Source of the DNA: Acutalibacteraceae bacterium
Lineage (GTDB): Bacteria; Bacillota; Clostridia; Oscillospirales; Acutalibacteraceae
Length of the DNA: 55,211 nucleotides
Direction of reading: 5' to 3'
Assembly (NCBI GenBank): GCA_045593385.1
Contig: JAZNWP010000048.1
Coordinates: forward strand, 1 to 55,211
The notes beneath the pieces were generated by a model. The model saw only the letters and a program-made list of their open reading frames with translations, was not told the DNA's origin and ran no database searches. Of this stretch, positions 44,415 through 54,413 are shown in pieces. Position 1 is the first letter of the stretch; every line of letters begins with the position of its first letter. Both the position numbers and the translations under genes were made by a program.

Positions 44415-45425
44415 TTATTTTATACTATATCCAAATTCTTTTGCTTTAAAATAATCTTGCCAGTAATCTTCTCTTGAATCTAAAAGACTTCTATCGCATT
44501 CTTCAACAACTTCAAATGTAAAGTTTTCAGGTCCAATAGCAATCATAGCTGGATATAACTTATTTTTTGTTGGTTGTTCTGCACCAACTCCACGCTTAAT
44601 ATGTTGTTTCCAACGATCTGCAATATTTGCGGCTTGACCAACATAGCATTTTCCAGAAGAGATTTCAGTTATTTTATATATTCCGGTGTGAGTGCCGGAA
44701 CCGACCACTCGACCAATCATATCAGTAGTAGGTTTTTCATAATAACATTTCCAAATGATTTTATTAAGAGGTTCTTTGTTTCTTAATAGATGTTCTATTG
44801 AGCGCAAAGCCTCGATTTCATTAATATCAACTTCGTTTAAACAAATCCGATAAAAATCTTGTTGAGTGCGCAGTTCTTCCGCCCTTTTGGCGGCTTCAAC
44901 CGCAGCTGCATGAATATTTCTCATTTCTGAAATATCAGTCTATAATTTTTGGAATTCTTTTAAATTATCCTATACTATTTCATCGTATTCAATCTAAAAC
45001 TATTCAATATTTTCATCTTTCGCAGCCATTGCTTTAATAATCTCTTCATTTAATTTACTCTATGCGATTTCTAATTGAAGATTATAATAAGAATCTGCGG
45101 CGGTTTTAGACTATTCTTCAAGCATTCTCATATTATCGTTTAAAATGTTAATATTAGATAAAATAGTATTTTTTTCAGCAGTTAATTCTCTTGTTTCATT
45201 TTCTATTATTTCTTTTTGATCTAATAAAATTAATTTATCATGAATTAACTATTGGTTATCTTTTTCTAATTGCTGATACTCTCTTTTGGCTTTCTAATTT
45301 TCTTCTTTTATCCATTCATCCTATTGCTCAGCCGCAACTAACCGAGGTTTTAGAATAAAAAATATAGATAAGCCAGTTATTACTGCTGTAATAACAATTG
45401 CTATTATTAATACAACAAATTGCAT
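44415..45425 (-). CDS. membrane-anchored coiled-coil protein with C-terminal GIY-YIG nuclease domain, 336 aa, 9 in-frame TAG in the coiled-coil half
   Basis: ATG 45425. N-terminal TM FVVLIIAIVITAVITGLSIFFIL. Coiled coil reads smoothly with Gln at the TAGs (EQQDEWIKEENQKAKREYQQLEKDNQQL...). C-terminus GIYKITEISSGKCYVGQAANIADRWKQHIK...EDYWQDYFKAKEFGYSIK matches the I-TevI-like GIY-YIG domain. The track shows only the C-terminal 169 aa. Confidence 0.6.
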
Positions 45426-45479
45426 AGTAAAAAAAATAAGGGGTAAGAATTATTTTCTTACCCCTTTGATAAAATCAAA

Positions 45480-45755
45480 TTAGTCAGCAGCTTCTTCAGT
45501 TGCGTCTGGATCGAAGCTCATACCTGCAGGAGTGAGGCTCAAAAATTTAACCTGCTTATGTGTTCCATCTTCAAGTTCGATTTCAGCAAGAGTACGAACG
45601 CCAAGACCCTTTCTTTGAATAGCAGAAGTGAAAATACCATCAACAGACTTCTTTTCAAGACCGAGAGCAGCAGCAACATCAGCAGCAGTTACATTTTCAC
45701 CATTGATTTCCTTCAAATAATTTAAAACCTTTTTAGAATTTTCTTTCATAGCCAT
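45480..45755 (-). CDS. winged-helix DNA-binding protein, 91 aa
   Basis: VTAADVAAALGLEKKSVDGIFTSAIQRKGLGVRTLAE is an HTH plus wing. Driven by a consensus promoter. Confidence 0.45.
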   Translation of the reverse strand: MAMKENSKKVLNYLKEINGENVTAADVAAALGLEKKSVDGIFTSAIQRKGLGVRTLAEIELEDGTHKQVKFLSLTPAGMSFDPDATEEAAD

Positions 45756-45817
45756 AACTTTTTTTCTCCTTTTAATTAAATATTTTTTTTTATTTTTTTA
45801 AGCTTAGCTTATGTAAA

Positions 45818-45847
45818 TATTATATCAAAAAATTTTTGTTTTGTCAA
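45818..45847 (-). promoter_or_regulatory. consensus sigma70 promoter TTGACA-N17-TATAAT
   Basis: Reverse complement reads ttgaca aaacaaaaattttttga tataat, 60-90 nt upstream of the 45755 start. AT-rich UP-like region upstream. Confidence 0.6.
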
Positions 45848-45865
45848 GAAATTTTTTAATTTTTT

Positions 45866-46060
45866 TTACTTATTTTTTTCAAGTATTTCCATTACGAGTT
45901 CATCTATAATTACCATATCATCCAAGTTGGCAACATTGCTAGAAATTCTCATAATTTCCTACTCTGCTTTTGCGACTTTCTCTTTGTCATCGCTGGTCTG
46001 AATAATGATTTCACACTTTGCAATTTTTTGTGCGAGATTTTTTAATTCTTTTCTTTTCAT
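45866..46060 (-). CDS. small hypothetical protein, 64 aa, 1 in-frame TAG
   Basis: Not in the track. ATG 46060 with taaggatg SD. TAG 45941-43. TAA 45866-68. Confidence 0.35.
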
Positions 46061-46093
46061 TTAAAAATTTTCATCCTTAATCTTTACAATTTT

Positions 46094-46122
46094 ATTATAC
46101 AAAAATTTTTTTAATTTGTCAA
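46094..46122 (-). promoter_or_regulatory. consensus sigma70 promoter TTGACA-N17-TATAAT
   Basis: Reverse complement reads ttgaca aattaaaaaaatttttg tataat. Abuts the ligA stop codon. Confidence 0.55.
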
Positions 46123-48114
46123 TTAAGTTATTCCAAAAGTCTCGATAAATTCTTCTTCTGACAAGATTGGAATTCCTAATGACTTTGCACTATTATTTTT
46201 ACTTGATGTAGAATTGACATCATTATTTATTAAGTAATGAGTATTTTTTGAAACGGACCCAGTTACTTTCCCACCAAGAGCTTCAATTTTAGATTTTAGT
46301 TCATCTCTATTTTTGAAGCGATTAACTTTTCCAGTTATAACAAATATTTTATCAACAATTTTATTATTTGTAATTTCTTCTGTTTCAACTGGTTTTACAA
46401 AATTTATATAATTATTTACTATAAATTTTGCTTCATCGTAATTAAATTTAGAAATACTTGAATGCATTTCCACACCAAAATTTGGTAATTCATAAAACTT
46501 ATATTTATTTTCAACCGCTGAAATAAAATTTTCCCAAGTTTTAAAATGATTTGCCAGATCTTTTGATGCAGTTGTACCAATCAACGGAATACCTAAGGCC
46601 GCAATGAACTGATGAAGTTCACAGGTTTTTCCTTCCTCAATAGCAGATAGAATTTTTTCAACCGAGCGCATTCCAAATCCAGGTTTCTTAACCCAATCAT
46701 TTTTATGAGAAGAAAGAGTGAATATATCGGTGTAAGTTTCAATCCAACCCCACTCAAGAAGTTTTTCTAAAGTTGCTTTAGATATGCCTTTTATATCTAA
46801 ACCCTTCTTTCCACAGAAATGATCAAGTCTATTAATAAACTTTCCAGGGCAATTTGGATTGGTACATTCAAGCACAGTTGTTCCAAAAGCACCAGAATCA
46901 GATTTCTGTCGTGTTTCTCCATCACAAACAGGACAATATTTAGGTATTGTAAAATAATCTAATCTCGGATAATTATCTGCCTCTTGATAATGTTCGCTAT
47001 TACTAATTTGAGGAATAATCATATTCGCCTTATAAACTTCTATTTTTTGACCATAAAAAGGTTTTGTGTTTAAAGTTTTTCCCATAATACTAATATTATG
47101 AAGACTCGCTCGATTTACTTCAGTGCCATCAATATTCACAGGAGTAAATACAGCAACTGGAGTTAAGGTTCCTGTTCTTCCCATCGTCCATTCAATATCT
47201 AAAAGTGAAGTTAAAAATACATCATCATAAAATTTATATGCTAAAGCATTTTTAAAATGATGTTCAGTTTCTCCTAATGAGCGACCATATTCGCAATCAT
47301 TAAATTTGAAAACTGCTCCATCTATTGGATAAGAACATTCTTCTGCCATCCATTTTACATCTGAAATAAAAGATTCAACATGACTAACTTCTTTCATTGT
47401 TGCTCTAATAAAAGGAACAACAGTAAAAGACATATCCCTAAGATTTCTTAACTTTTCAGATAAAAAATCTATTTCTTGATAATCATCATAAAATGGAGTA
47501 ATAACATCCCAAGCTACGAAAGTTAGTTTTCTTTTAGAACATTCTTTTGAATCTAAAAGCCTAATACTTCCTGAAGCAAAATTCCTTGGTGTTGAATATA
47601 TTCCACTAAAATTTTCAAAATCTTTATAAGTGCAAATAATTTCTCCATCAATTGTTAATTTTTTAAGATAAGGAATTTTCTTTGGGACTGATGGAAGAAC
47701 TTTTACATTATGTAAAATATTTTCTCCAACAAGTCCATTACCTCTCGTTTCTGCGGAAACTAACTCTCCATTTTCATAAGTAAGAGAACAAGTTAATCCA
47801 TCCATTTTACACATAACAAGCATTTCTTCATTTCGTGAAAACCTAAGAACATCTTCTACAAGCTTGGTTTTTTCAAGAGATAACATTTTATGATCGTGAG
47901 TTTTTTTCTCTAACTCATTAACAAGTTCATAACTTATTGATTGAGTTGGAGAATTACTCAAAATGAGACCTGTTTTATTTTCTAAATCTTGTAATTTAAA
48001 ATATAAATCATCCCATTCCTTATCACTAATTAAAGGATTTCCTTCATCATATGCTTTCGTATATTCATTCAAGCATTTTACTAAATGAATTATCTCTCCA
48101 TAGAGTTTAATCAT
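46123..48114 (-). CDS. ligA: NAD+-dependent DNA ligase, 663 aa, no TAG
   Basis: Adenylation motif CKMDGLT. OB fold. Cys4 zinc finger CPVCDGE...CTNPNCPGK. HhH region. C-terminal BRCT (KIFVITGKVNRFKNRDELKSKIEALGGKV). Confidence 0.85.
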   Translation of the reverse strand: MIKLYGEIIHLVKCLNEYTKAYDEGNPLISDKEWDDLYFKLQDLENKTGLILSNSPTQSISYELVNELEKKTHDHKMLSLEKTKLVEDVLRFSRNEEMLVMCKMDGLTCSLTYENGELVSAETRGNGLVGENILHNVKVLPSVPKKIPYLKKLTIDGEIICTYKDFENFSGIYSTPRNFASGSIRLLDSKECSKRKLTFVAWDVITPFYDDYQEIDFLSEKLRNLRDMSFTVVPFIRATMKEVSHVESFISDVKWMAEECSYPIDGAVFKFNDCEYGRSLGETEHHFKNALAYKFYDDVFLTSLLDIEWTMGRTGTLTPVAVFTPVNIDGTEVNRASLHNISIMGKTLNTKPFYGQKIEVYKANMIIPQISNSEHYQEADNYPRLDYFTIPKYCPVCDGETRQKSDSGAFGTTVLECTNPNCPGKFINRLDHFCGKKGLDIKGISKATLEKLLEWGWIETYTDIFTLSSHKNDWVKKPGFGMRSVEKILSAIEEGKTCELHQFIAALGIPLIGTTASKDLANHFKTWENFISAVENKYKFYELPNFGVEMHSSISKFNYDEAKFIVNNYINFVKPVETEEITNNKIVDKIFVITGKVNRFKNRDELKSKIEALGGKVTGSVSKNTHYLINNDVNSTSSKNNSAKSLGIPILSEEEFIETFGIT

Positions 48115-48139
48115 TTTTATTCTCCTTAATTACAAATAT

Positions 48140-48168
48140 ATTATAATAAATTTTTTTTATTTTGTCAA
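48140..48168 (-). promoter_or_regulatory. consensus sigma70 promoter TTGACA-N17-TATAAT for ligA
   Basis: Reverse complement reads ttgaca aaataaaaaaaatttat tataat. Confidence 0.6.
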
Positions 48169-48191
48169 CTATATGCTGCTAGTAAGCAAGG

Positions 48192-50567
48192 TTAAACCTT
48201 GCTTACAGACAACACTTTATTATTTTTTATTACGATATTTCCTGCAGATGCTCTACTTAATACTGGAATTTCAGAAGCTTCTATACAAATACTTGATTTA
48301 TCACCAAGAATTAATACGCTATCTGCATCCTCAACAAGGGTCGCCGCACTTACTCTTCCAGTTGACTCAGTTGGTTTATAGCAAGCAAGTCCCTTACCAG
48401 CTCTCTTTTGGACAGGAATTTCAGATAAATCAATTCTCTTCGCTACACCATTTGTAGCAAATATAGCTAACTTATCAGTCACATTACGAACTGGAATTGC
48501 TGAAACGATATAGTCATCATCTGCAAGATTAATACCTTTAATACCGGTTGTAGTTCTTGATGTGGGTCCAACTTCTTTAGAATCAAATCTAATACATATA
48601 CCTTTTGAAGTGATTAAGATTAATTGTTCATCTTTTACAAGAGATACTGCGGTAAGCTCGTCGCCTTCTCGAAGGTTGATTGCGGCAAGTCCGGTCTTTT
48701 TCTTCGTTTTTACATATTCTTCAAGAGATGTCTTTTTAACAAGACCATTCTTAGTTACAAATAATACATATTGAGCATCGGTATCTCTATAAATTGAATA
48801 GATAACTGAAGGTTCTTCTTCAACTTCCATATTAACCAATGACTTTACCGATTGACCTTTAGAAACATTTGTTCCTACTGGAACATCATTTACCAAAAGT
48901 CTATACATTTTTCCTTTATTTGAGAAAATCATCAAGGAATCTATTGTATTTGTGCGGATAACTGCTTGAGTTATATCATCCTGCGTCTTTATGCCTTTAC
49001 CATTCCTCTTCTGGGTGCGGAAGCTCGATGAGGGGATTCTTTTAACGAGACCACCTTCTGTCATTACCACAACACATTTTTCTGGTTCAACGAATTCAAT
49101 TTCTTTTTCTTCTTTGGTTGAAACTACTTGAGTTATAGATGAACGACGAGCATCACCGTATATTTTCTTTAATGAGTTGAAAGTATTTATCATTTCTGGA
49201 ATTGGATTAGATAAAATTGTATTTAATCTTTCTAATTCTTTAACTAAATCAGCTAATTCTTTTTCAATTTCTACTTTTTCTAATTTAGCTAATTTTGCTA
49301 ATTTCATGTCAAGAATTGCTTTTGCTTGTTCTTCATTCAACTCATAAGCAGCCATAAGTTTCGTTTTAGCGGCTGCCGCAGATTCACTACTCTTAATCAT
49401 TGCAATAACATTATCAATATCTTCAAGAGCTTTCAATAAACCTTCTAAAATATTGATTCTATGAGCAATTTTATCTGCTTCATATTTTGTTTTTCTTAAT
49501 AAAACATCTTTTTGATGCTCTACATATATTTCTAAAAGTTGTTTAATATTTAACAATCGAGGTTTCTTATTTACAAGTGCTACTTGGTTGAAACTATAAG
49601 TATCTTCCAACCTTGTGAGCTTAAATAATTTTGCAATAATCGGCTCAGTAGGGACTCCTTTGGCAACCTCTATAACAAAGCGGACGCCATCTTTATTGCT
49701 TTCATCTCTGATTGCCGTGATGCCTTCCATCTTTCCTTCTTCACATAATTTGTCTATTTCTTGAACAAGGTCTTCTTTTGAGACTTTATATGGAATGGAG
49801 GAAAATACAATACTATCTCCTCGCTTGTCAGATTCAATGGTATATTCACCTCTAATTCTTGCCCTGCCTTTTCCAGTTAAGTAAGCAGTAGGCAATTCAT
49901 CTTTATTAATTATCAATCCGCCAGTAGGAAAATCTGGACCAGAAATATAATTAAGTAATTCTTTTACTTCACAATTTGGGTTTTCTACTAAAAACACTGC
50001 TGCATCCATAACTTCAGTTAAATTATGAGGGGCAAAACTACAAGCCATAGCAACCGCAATTCCAGAAGTTCCATTAACAATTAAATTAGGGATTCTACTT
50101 GTCAAATAAACTGGTTCATTTTCTACGTCAGTATAAGCTAATTGCCAATCAACAGTATTCTTTCTTATGTCTGCAAGCATCTCTTCGCCTATTTTAGATA
50201 ACTTACATTCAGTATATCTGTAGGCTGCAGGTTCATCTCCATCTCTACTGCCATTATTTCCATGAAACGTGATTAATGGATATCTCATATTCCAAGGCTG
50301 GCTTAACCAACATAATGCTCCATATATACTTGAATCTCCGTGCGGATGGAAGCGGCTCATTGTATCTCCAACCGGCTGAGCGCATTTTACAAACTTTTTA
50401 TTATTCATTTGCCCTTTATCAAACATATCCCAAAGAATTCTTCTTGCTACTGGTTTTAAACCATCTTCTGCTGAAGGGATTGCTCGATCAGTTATAACGC
50501 TTAAACTATAATCAAGGAAGCTTTGTTCCACTTCCCCGATAATCGGGGTCTGAATTATGTCTCCCAT
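48192..50567 (-). CDS. gyrA: type IIA topoisomerase subunit A (GyrA/ParC/T4 gp52-like), 791 aa, no TAG
   Basis: RRILWDM...PHGD. Active-site region AAYRYTECKL. C-terminal beta-pinwheel repeats. Confidence 0.85.
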   Translation of the reverse strand: MGDIIQTPIIGEVEQSFLDYSLSVITDRAIPSAEDGLKPVARRILWDMFDKGQMNNKKFVKCAQPVGDTMSRFHPHGDSSIYGALCWLSQPWNMRYPLITFHGNNGSRDGDEPAAYRYTECKLSKIGEEMLADIRKNTVDWQLAYTDVENEPVYLTSRIPNLIVNGTSGIAVAMACSFAPHNLTEVMDAAVFLVENPNCEVKELLNYISGPDFPTGGLIINKDELPTAYLTGKGRARIRGEYTIESDKRGDSIVFSSIPYKVSKEDLVQEIDKLCEEGKMEGITAIRDESNKDGVRFVIEVAKGVPTEPIIAKLFKLTRLEDTYSFNQVALVNKKPRLLNIKQLLEIYVEHQKDVLLRKTKYEADKIAHRINILEGLLKALEDIDNVIAMIKSSESAAAAKTKLMAAYELNEEQAKAILDMKLAKLAKLEKVEIEKELADLVKELERLNTILSNPIPEMINTFNSLKKIYGDARRSSITQVVSTKEEKEIEFVEPEKCVVVMTEGGLVKRIPSSSFRTQKRNGKGIKTQDDITQAVIRTNTIDSLMIFSNKGKMYRLLVNDVPVGTNVSKGQSVKSLVNMEVEEEPSVIYSIYRDTDAQYVLFVTKNGLVKKTSLEEYVKTKKKTGLAAINLREGDELTAVSLVKDEQLILITSKGICIRFDSKEVGPTSRTTTGIKGINLADDDYIVSAIPVRNVTDKLAIFATNGVAKRIDLSEIPVQKRAGKGLACYKPTESTGRVSAATLVEDADSVLILGDKSSICIEASEIPVLSRASAGNIVIKNNKVLSVSKV

Positions 50568-50688
50568 AAGGGACCTCCTTTATATCTACAAATTTATCAA
50601 AATATTCATTATTAATTGTTGGAATATAATTATTTATAATTTCTTCTATTAAATCATATATTTTAACTGAATTATATTTTAAACTAAA

Positions 50689-50802
50689 CTAATTATTTTT
50701 ATATTCTACTTTTCCATCTATTATATCTAAAAGCCTTTTTTCTTGTAAATGTTTTTCAAGTATCATAGAAATTTTTTCTTTTGAATTAGCTAAATGAGGC
50801 AT
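50689..50802 (-). CDS. small hypothetical protein (37 aa to TAG; about 96 aa if TAG is read through to TGA 50512-14, overlapping the gyrA start)
   Basis: SD ggaggaag then ATG 50802 (MPHLANSKEK...). Frame meets TAG at 50689-91. Confidence 0.25.
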   Translation of the reverse strand: MPHLANSKEKISMILEKHLQEKRLLDIIDGKVEYKNN

Positions 50803-51262
50803 ATGCTTCTTCCTCCGTAATATATCCAGTAGCAAGTTGATCTGCAAGTTCATTCCAATCGTCACCAGCATGACCTTTTATTTTTCTCAATTCAATTCGA
50901 TATCCTTCTTTATAGTAATCATAATATGCTTGGATTAAATCTAGATTTTCAGGAATTTTTTTATCGCTTTTTATCCAACCACGTCTAGCCCAACCAAACA
51001 TCCAATCGTTAAGAGTATTTACACAATATGCAGAGTCGCTATATACAACTGGCGGCTGACCCCAATCTTCACATTTAATTCCAAAATTAAACATTACATA
51101 TAATATTGCTTTTAATTCTTCTCGATTATTTGTCGTATTTTCGGACCTTTTGGAGCGGACGAACTGGACACTTCCATTTTCATCCACTCCTACTATTCCA
51201 TATCCACCTTTAGCATTGGCTTTTCCATTTCCAATACAAGAACCATCAGTATAAAAAATCAT
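50786..51262 (-). CDS. rnhA: ribonuclease HI, 158 aa, no TAG
   Basis: FYTDGSCIGNG...GGYGIV, TNNREEL, VVYSDSAYCVN, GHAGDDWNELADQLA match the RNase H catalytic DEDD motifs. Confidence 0.8.
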   Translation of the reverse strand: MIFYTDGSCIGNGKANAKGGYGIVGVDENGSVQFVRSKRSENTTNNREELKAILYVMFNFGIKCEDWGQPPVVYSDSAYCVNTLNDWMFGWARRGWIKSDKKIPENLDLIQAYYDYYKEGYRIELRKIKGHAGDDWNELADQLATGYITEEEAYASFS

Positions 51263-51656
51263 TAAGACTAAACTACCTTTCTGTTTTATTTAAATAAGTG
51301 TCTTTTTCTAAAAAAGGTGCTTCTTCTTTTGGTTTAAAAATAGTTATATTTTTAACAACATTACTATTAACTAATAAAATATCATTATTTGGAAAAACTT
51401 TTTTTAATTCTTGATATAAAATTTTATATTCACCCATATCTATATCATCAGAAATTTGACACATAATAACATCATTGGGGTTTGTTTTAACAATCTAAAC
51501 AGGAATTCCATCTGACCAAACATCAACAGTCCCGTTTAGAGAAGAATCTGGATATATCGGTGAAGACGAATATTTGCTAAAATCAATTCCATCAAGCGTT
51601 GAAGATAAATATTTACTAAAATCAATTCCATCAATTGAATTATTTATATTACACAT
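51246..51656 (-). CDS. hypothetical protein, 136 aa, with a 13-aa tandem repeat (IDGIDFSKYLSS x2) and 2 in-frame TAG
   Basis: ATG 51656 lies 2 nt after the gyrB stop. Track ORF 51273..51464 is its C-terminal part. Reads through TAG 51273-75 to TGA 51246-48. Confidence 0.35.
51562..51639. repeat. 39-bp tandem direct repeat x2 (in-frame, coding)
   Basis: gaagacgaatatttgctaaaatcaattccatcaagcgtt / gaagataaatatttactaaaatcaattccatcaattgaa. Confidence 0.6.
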
Positions 51657-53586
51657 CTACATTTGCCCTCCAAGCATTATTTTCAATGAACTTTTTTCTT
51701 GGGTCAACACTTTCACCCATAAGACTCATAAATGTTTTTGCTACTTCGGTAGCATCTTCCATTGTAATTTGTTTTAAAGTTCTTGTTTCTTTTGACATAA
51801 CAGTTTCTGCCATTTCTTCAGGATCCATTTCACCAAGACCCTTCATTCGACCAAGCTCAAAATTCTTTGAAGTAGACTTTCTAAATGCTTCAAGTGCGGC
51901 ATCATCTTTTAAATATTGAATCTTAGTTCCCATAGTAGCTTTATAAAGAGGAGGCACTGCCGCATATACATAACCCTTTTCCAGTAATTCCGGACAGAAC
52001 TTCCAGATAAATGTGAGGAAGAGGACGCGTATGTGGCTGCCATCAACGTCAGCGTCTGCGGTGATAATAAACTTACCATAACGAAGTTTTGTTTCATCAA
52101 CGATAATTTTATTGTCTTTCACTTCTAAGCCAAAAGCATCAACCATACCACTTATTTCTTTATTTTGAAGAGCTTTATGTAAATCACATTTCAAAACATT
52201 AAGTGGCTTACCACGAAGCTGAAACACTGCTTGTGTTAATCTGTCTCTCGCTTCTTTTGTTGATCCAGCAGCAGATTTACCCTCTACAATAAATACTTCA
52301 CAGTTATATCTATCTTTCGAGCTAGCATCTGCAAGAACATCTGGCATAATTACTCTGCGCTTAGCATCGGCTTTGCGCACAGTTTCCTTAGCCTTTTTTG
52401 CCTTTTCCCTTGCCGCTCGAGCCAAAAGTGCTTTATCTACAATAGCCTTAGCATCTTTTGGATTTGCGTCAAGCCAAACTTTTATTTCCTTAGATACTAA
52501 TCTTTGGACTGCCGTTCTTGCTTCGCTACTGGAAAGAACATCTTTTGTCTGACCAGAGAAAACTGGGTCTGGCATAATAAATGAAAGAACAAGAACAAGT
52601 CCTTCTTTTAATTCTTCGCCAGTGATATTAGCATCTTTTTCTTTTAATAATTTATTATCTCTTGCGTAATCGTTAATTGTGCTTGTAAGCGCAGTTCTGA
52701 AACCGGTTAAGTGAGTTCCCGCGCTATTTGGAATTGAATTGGTATATAATTTATAAGTATCAGTATAATTATCATTATACTGCATAGCAAGTTTTACTCC
52801 AATTCTATCTTCCATATTTTCAGTATAAAATACTGATGTTAATTTTGTTTTGTCTTTATTTAAATCATTAATATAATCTTTAATACCATTTTGAGAAGTA
52901 ATTATTTCTTTTGATTTATCTTCAAATTGAAGTGAAAAAATCAATCCTGGAGACAAATAAGCTAATTCTTGAATTTGCTTTTTTAAAGCATTATAATCAA
53001 GAGAGATACCTTCTTTAAAAATCGATATATCTGGCTTAAAAGATATACAAGTCCCAGAAACTGTTTTATCAATTACACCATTTAAGCCTAAAAGCGGTTC
53101 TTCTTTGTAGCTAATTAATTCACCTTTTTTAAATTCGGCAGTTGCTTTTTTGCCATTTCGAGCAGAAACAACTTTAAATATTTCTGATAAAGCATTAGTC
53201 GCTTTTGCACCTACACCATTCATACCACCAGACGTATTATATCCTGCTTTTCCATCACTATCGAATTTAGCACCGGTATGTAATTTGGTATAAACATTAA
53301 CCAAAGTTTCACTTCCATCTTCAGCTTTGCCGAAAGGAACGCCACGGCCATTATCTCTAATAGTTATAATATCATCTTTAACATAAATTTCGCACTCTGT
53401 GCAATGTCCATTCAGATATTCATCAACAGCATTTGATATAATTTCGAGGGTGATGTGCCTTACACCTTCTGGTCCAGTTGAACCGATATACATACCCGCA
53501 CGAAGTCTAATTGCTTCAATACCCTCTAAGGTCTTAATTTGATTTACGCCATACTCAGCATTATTTACGTTGTTTGGTATTTCCAT
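51649..53586 (-). CDS. gyrB: type IIA topoisomerase subunit B (GyrB/ParE/T4 gp39+60-like), 645 aa, no TAG
   Basis: GHKL ATPase (EIISNAVDE, GRGVPFG). TOPRIM EVFIVEGKSAAGS. PLxGK. C-terminal tail. Confidence 0.85.
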   Translation of the reverse strand: MEIPNNVNNAEYGVNQIKTLEGIEAIRLRAGMYIGSTGPEGVRHITLEIISNAVDEYLNGHCTECEIYVKDDIITIRDNGRGVPFGKAEDGSETLVNVYTKLHTGAKFDSDGKAGYNTSGGMNGVGAKATNALSEIFKVVSARNGKKATAEFKKGELISYKEEPLLGLNGVIDKTVSGTCISFKPDISIFKEGISLDYNALKKQIQELAYLSPGLIFSLQFEDKSKEIITSQNGIKDYINDLNKDKTKLTSVFYTENMEDRIGVKLAMQYNDNYTDTYKLYTNSIPNSAGTHLTGFRTALTSTINDYARDNKLLKEKDANITGEELKEGLVLVLSFIMPDPVFSGQTKDVLSSSEARTAVQRLVSKEIKVWLDANPKDAKAIVDKALLARAAREKAKKAKETVRKADAKRRVIMPDVLADASSKDRYNCEVFIVEGKSAAGSTKEARDRLTQAVFQLRGKPLNVLKCDLHKALQNKEISGMVDAFGLEVKDNKIIVDETKLRYGKFIITADADVDGSHIRVLFLTFIWKFCPELLEKGYVYAAVPPLYKATMGTKIQYLKDDAALEAFRKSTSKNFELGRMKGLGEMDPEEMAETVMSKETRTLKQITMEDATEVAKTFMSLMGESVDPRKKFIENNAWRANVDV

Positions 53587-54317
53587 TTAAAACCTCCACA
53601 TTTATTTCTTTTTCCATTACAAACTTTTGAAATGCCACTGGCATCGCAATCATTATCTGCGGCAGCTAATGCTACACTACCATAAATCTGTAATTCTTCA
53701 TTATTATCATTCATTTTTATTACTTGTTTACTTGATTTTGTAATTCTATTATTTTGAACTTGATTAACTTTTATTTCTGGAATAATAATTTCATTTTCTT
53801 CATCTAAAAATCTAAAAATACGATTGCCAGTTGTCAATCTTGTTCCATTACAAACATTACTGATTTTAAATCTATCTAATCCAGTTGCTTCACCTGCTTC
53901 TGCGAGAGAGTTCCAAATAACAAGAATGTTATTGGCAGAGTCAATTTCACAAACTCGTTTACCGTATTTTTCTCTTTTGGTATCACTCATTTTCTTTGCT
54001 ATTACAGGATCAAACATAGGACTATCAGTTTTATCAGTTTGATTATATCCATTTGGCTTAACACAATCTTCTTTAATAATCCAATTGTGCTCTGCTTCAA
54101 TCATTGCTTTCCAAGTTGGTAAAGTATCAACTATTTCAAAAGTGAAGTTAGCAATACCAAACTCTCTGAAAGCGACCATTAAAGGATAATTATAATGATG
54201 GTCTTTTTCGTTGATGGAAGCTTCTTTATGCTACCTCCATCTGCGTTCAGTTTCAATTGATGAACCAATATAAACCATTCCATTTTTTTGATTAGTTATT
54301 TTATAAATTTGATACAT
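53565..54317 (-). CDS. free-standing GIY-YIG homing endonuclease (Seg/I-TevI-like with NUMOD-like linker), 250 aa, 1 in-frame TAG
   Basis: ATG 54317 with SD aaggtaaggtg. YQIYKITNQKNGMVYIGSSIETERRWR-TAG-HKEA (GIY...YIG...R..H). EHNWIIKEDCVKPNGYN. Repeated ISNVCNGTRLTTGNRIFRF / ISKVCNGKRNKCGGFKWKY modules. The 3' end overlaps the gyrB start by 22 nt. Confidence 0.7.
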
Positions 54318-54413
54318 AGAATTCACCTTACCTTTCTATTATATCATAAAAATTGATAAAAATTAATTTTCCATTCTGGGCCAATGCCAGGACAGAGTTG
54401 ATGAAATTAACCT

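Noticed and set aside
45480-45755. 91-aa basic protein as HU/IHF-like histone-like protein
   Set aside because: Lacks the HU beta-arm motif (RNPxTGE). Sequence fits a winged-helix HTH instead.
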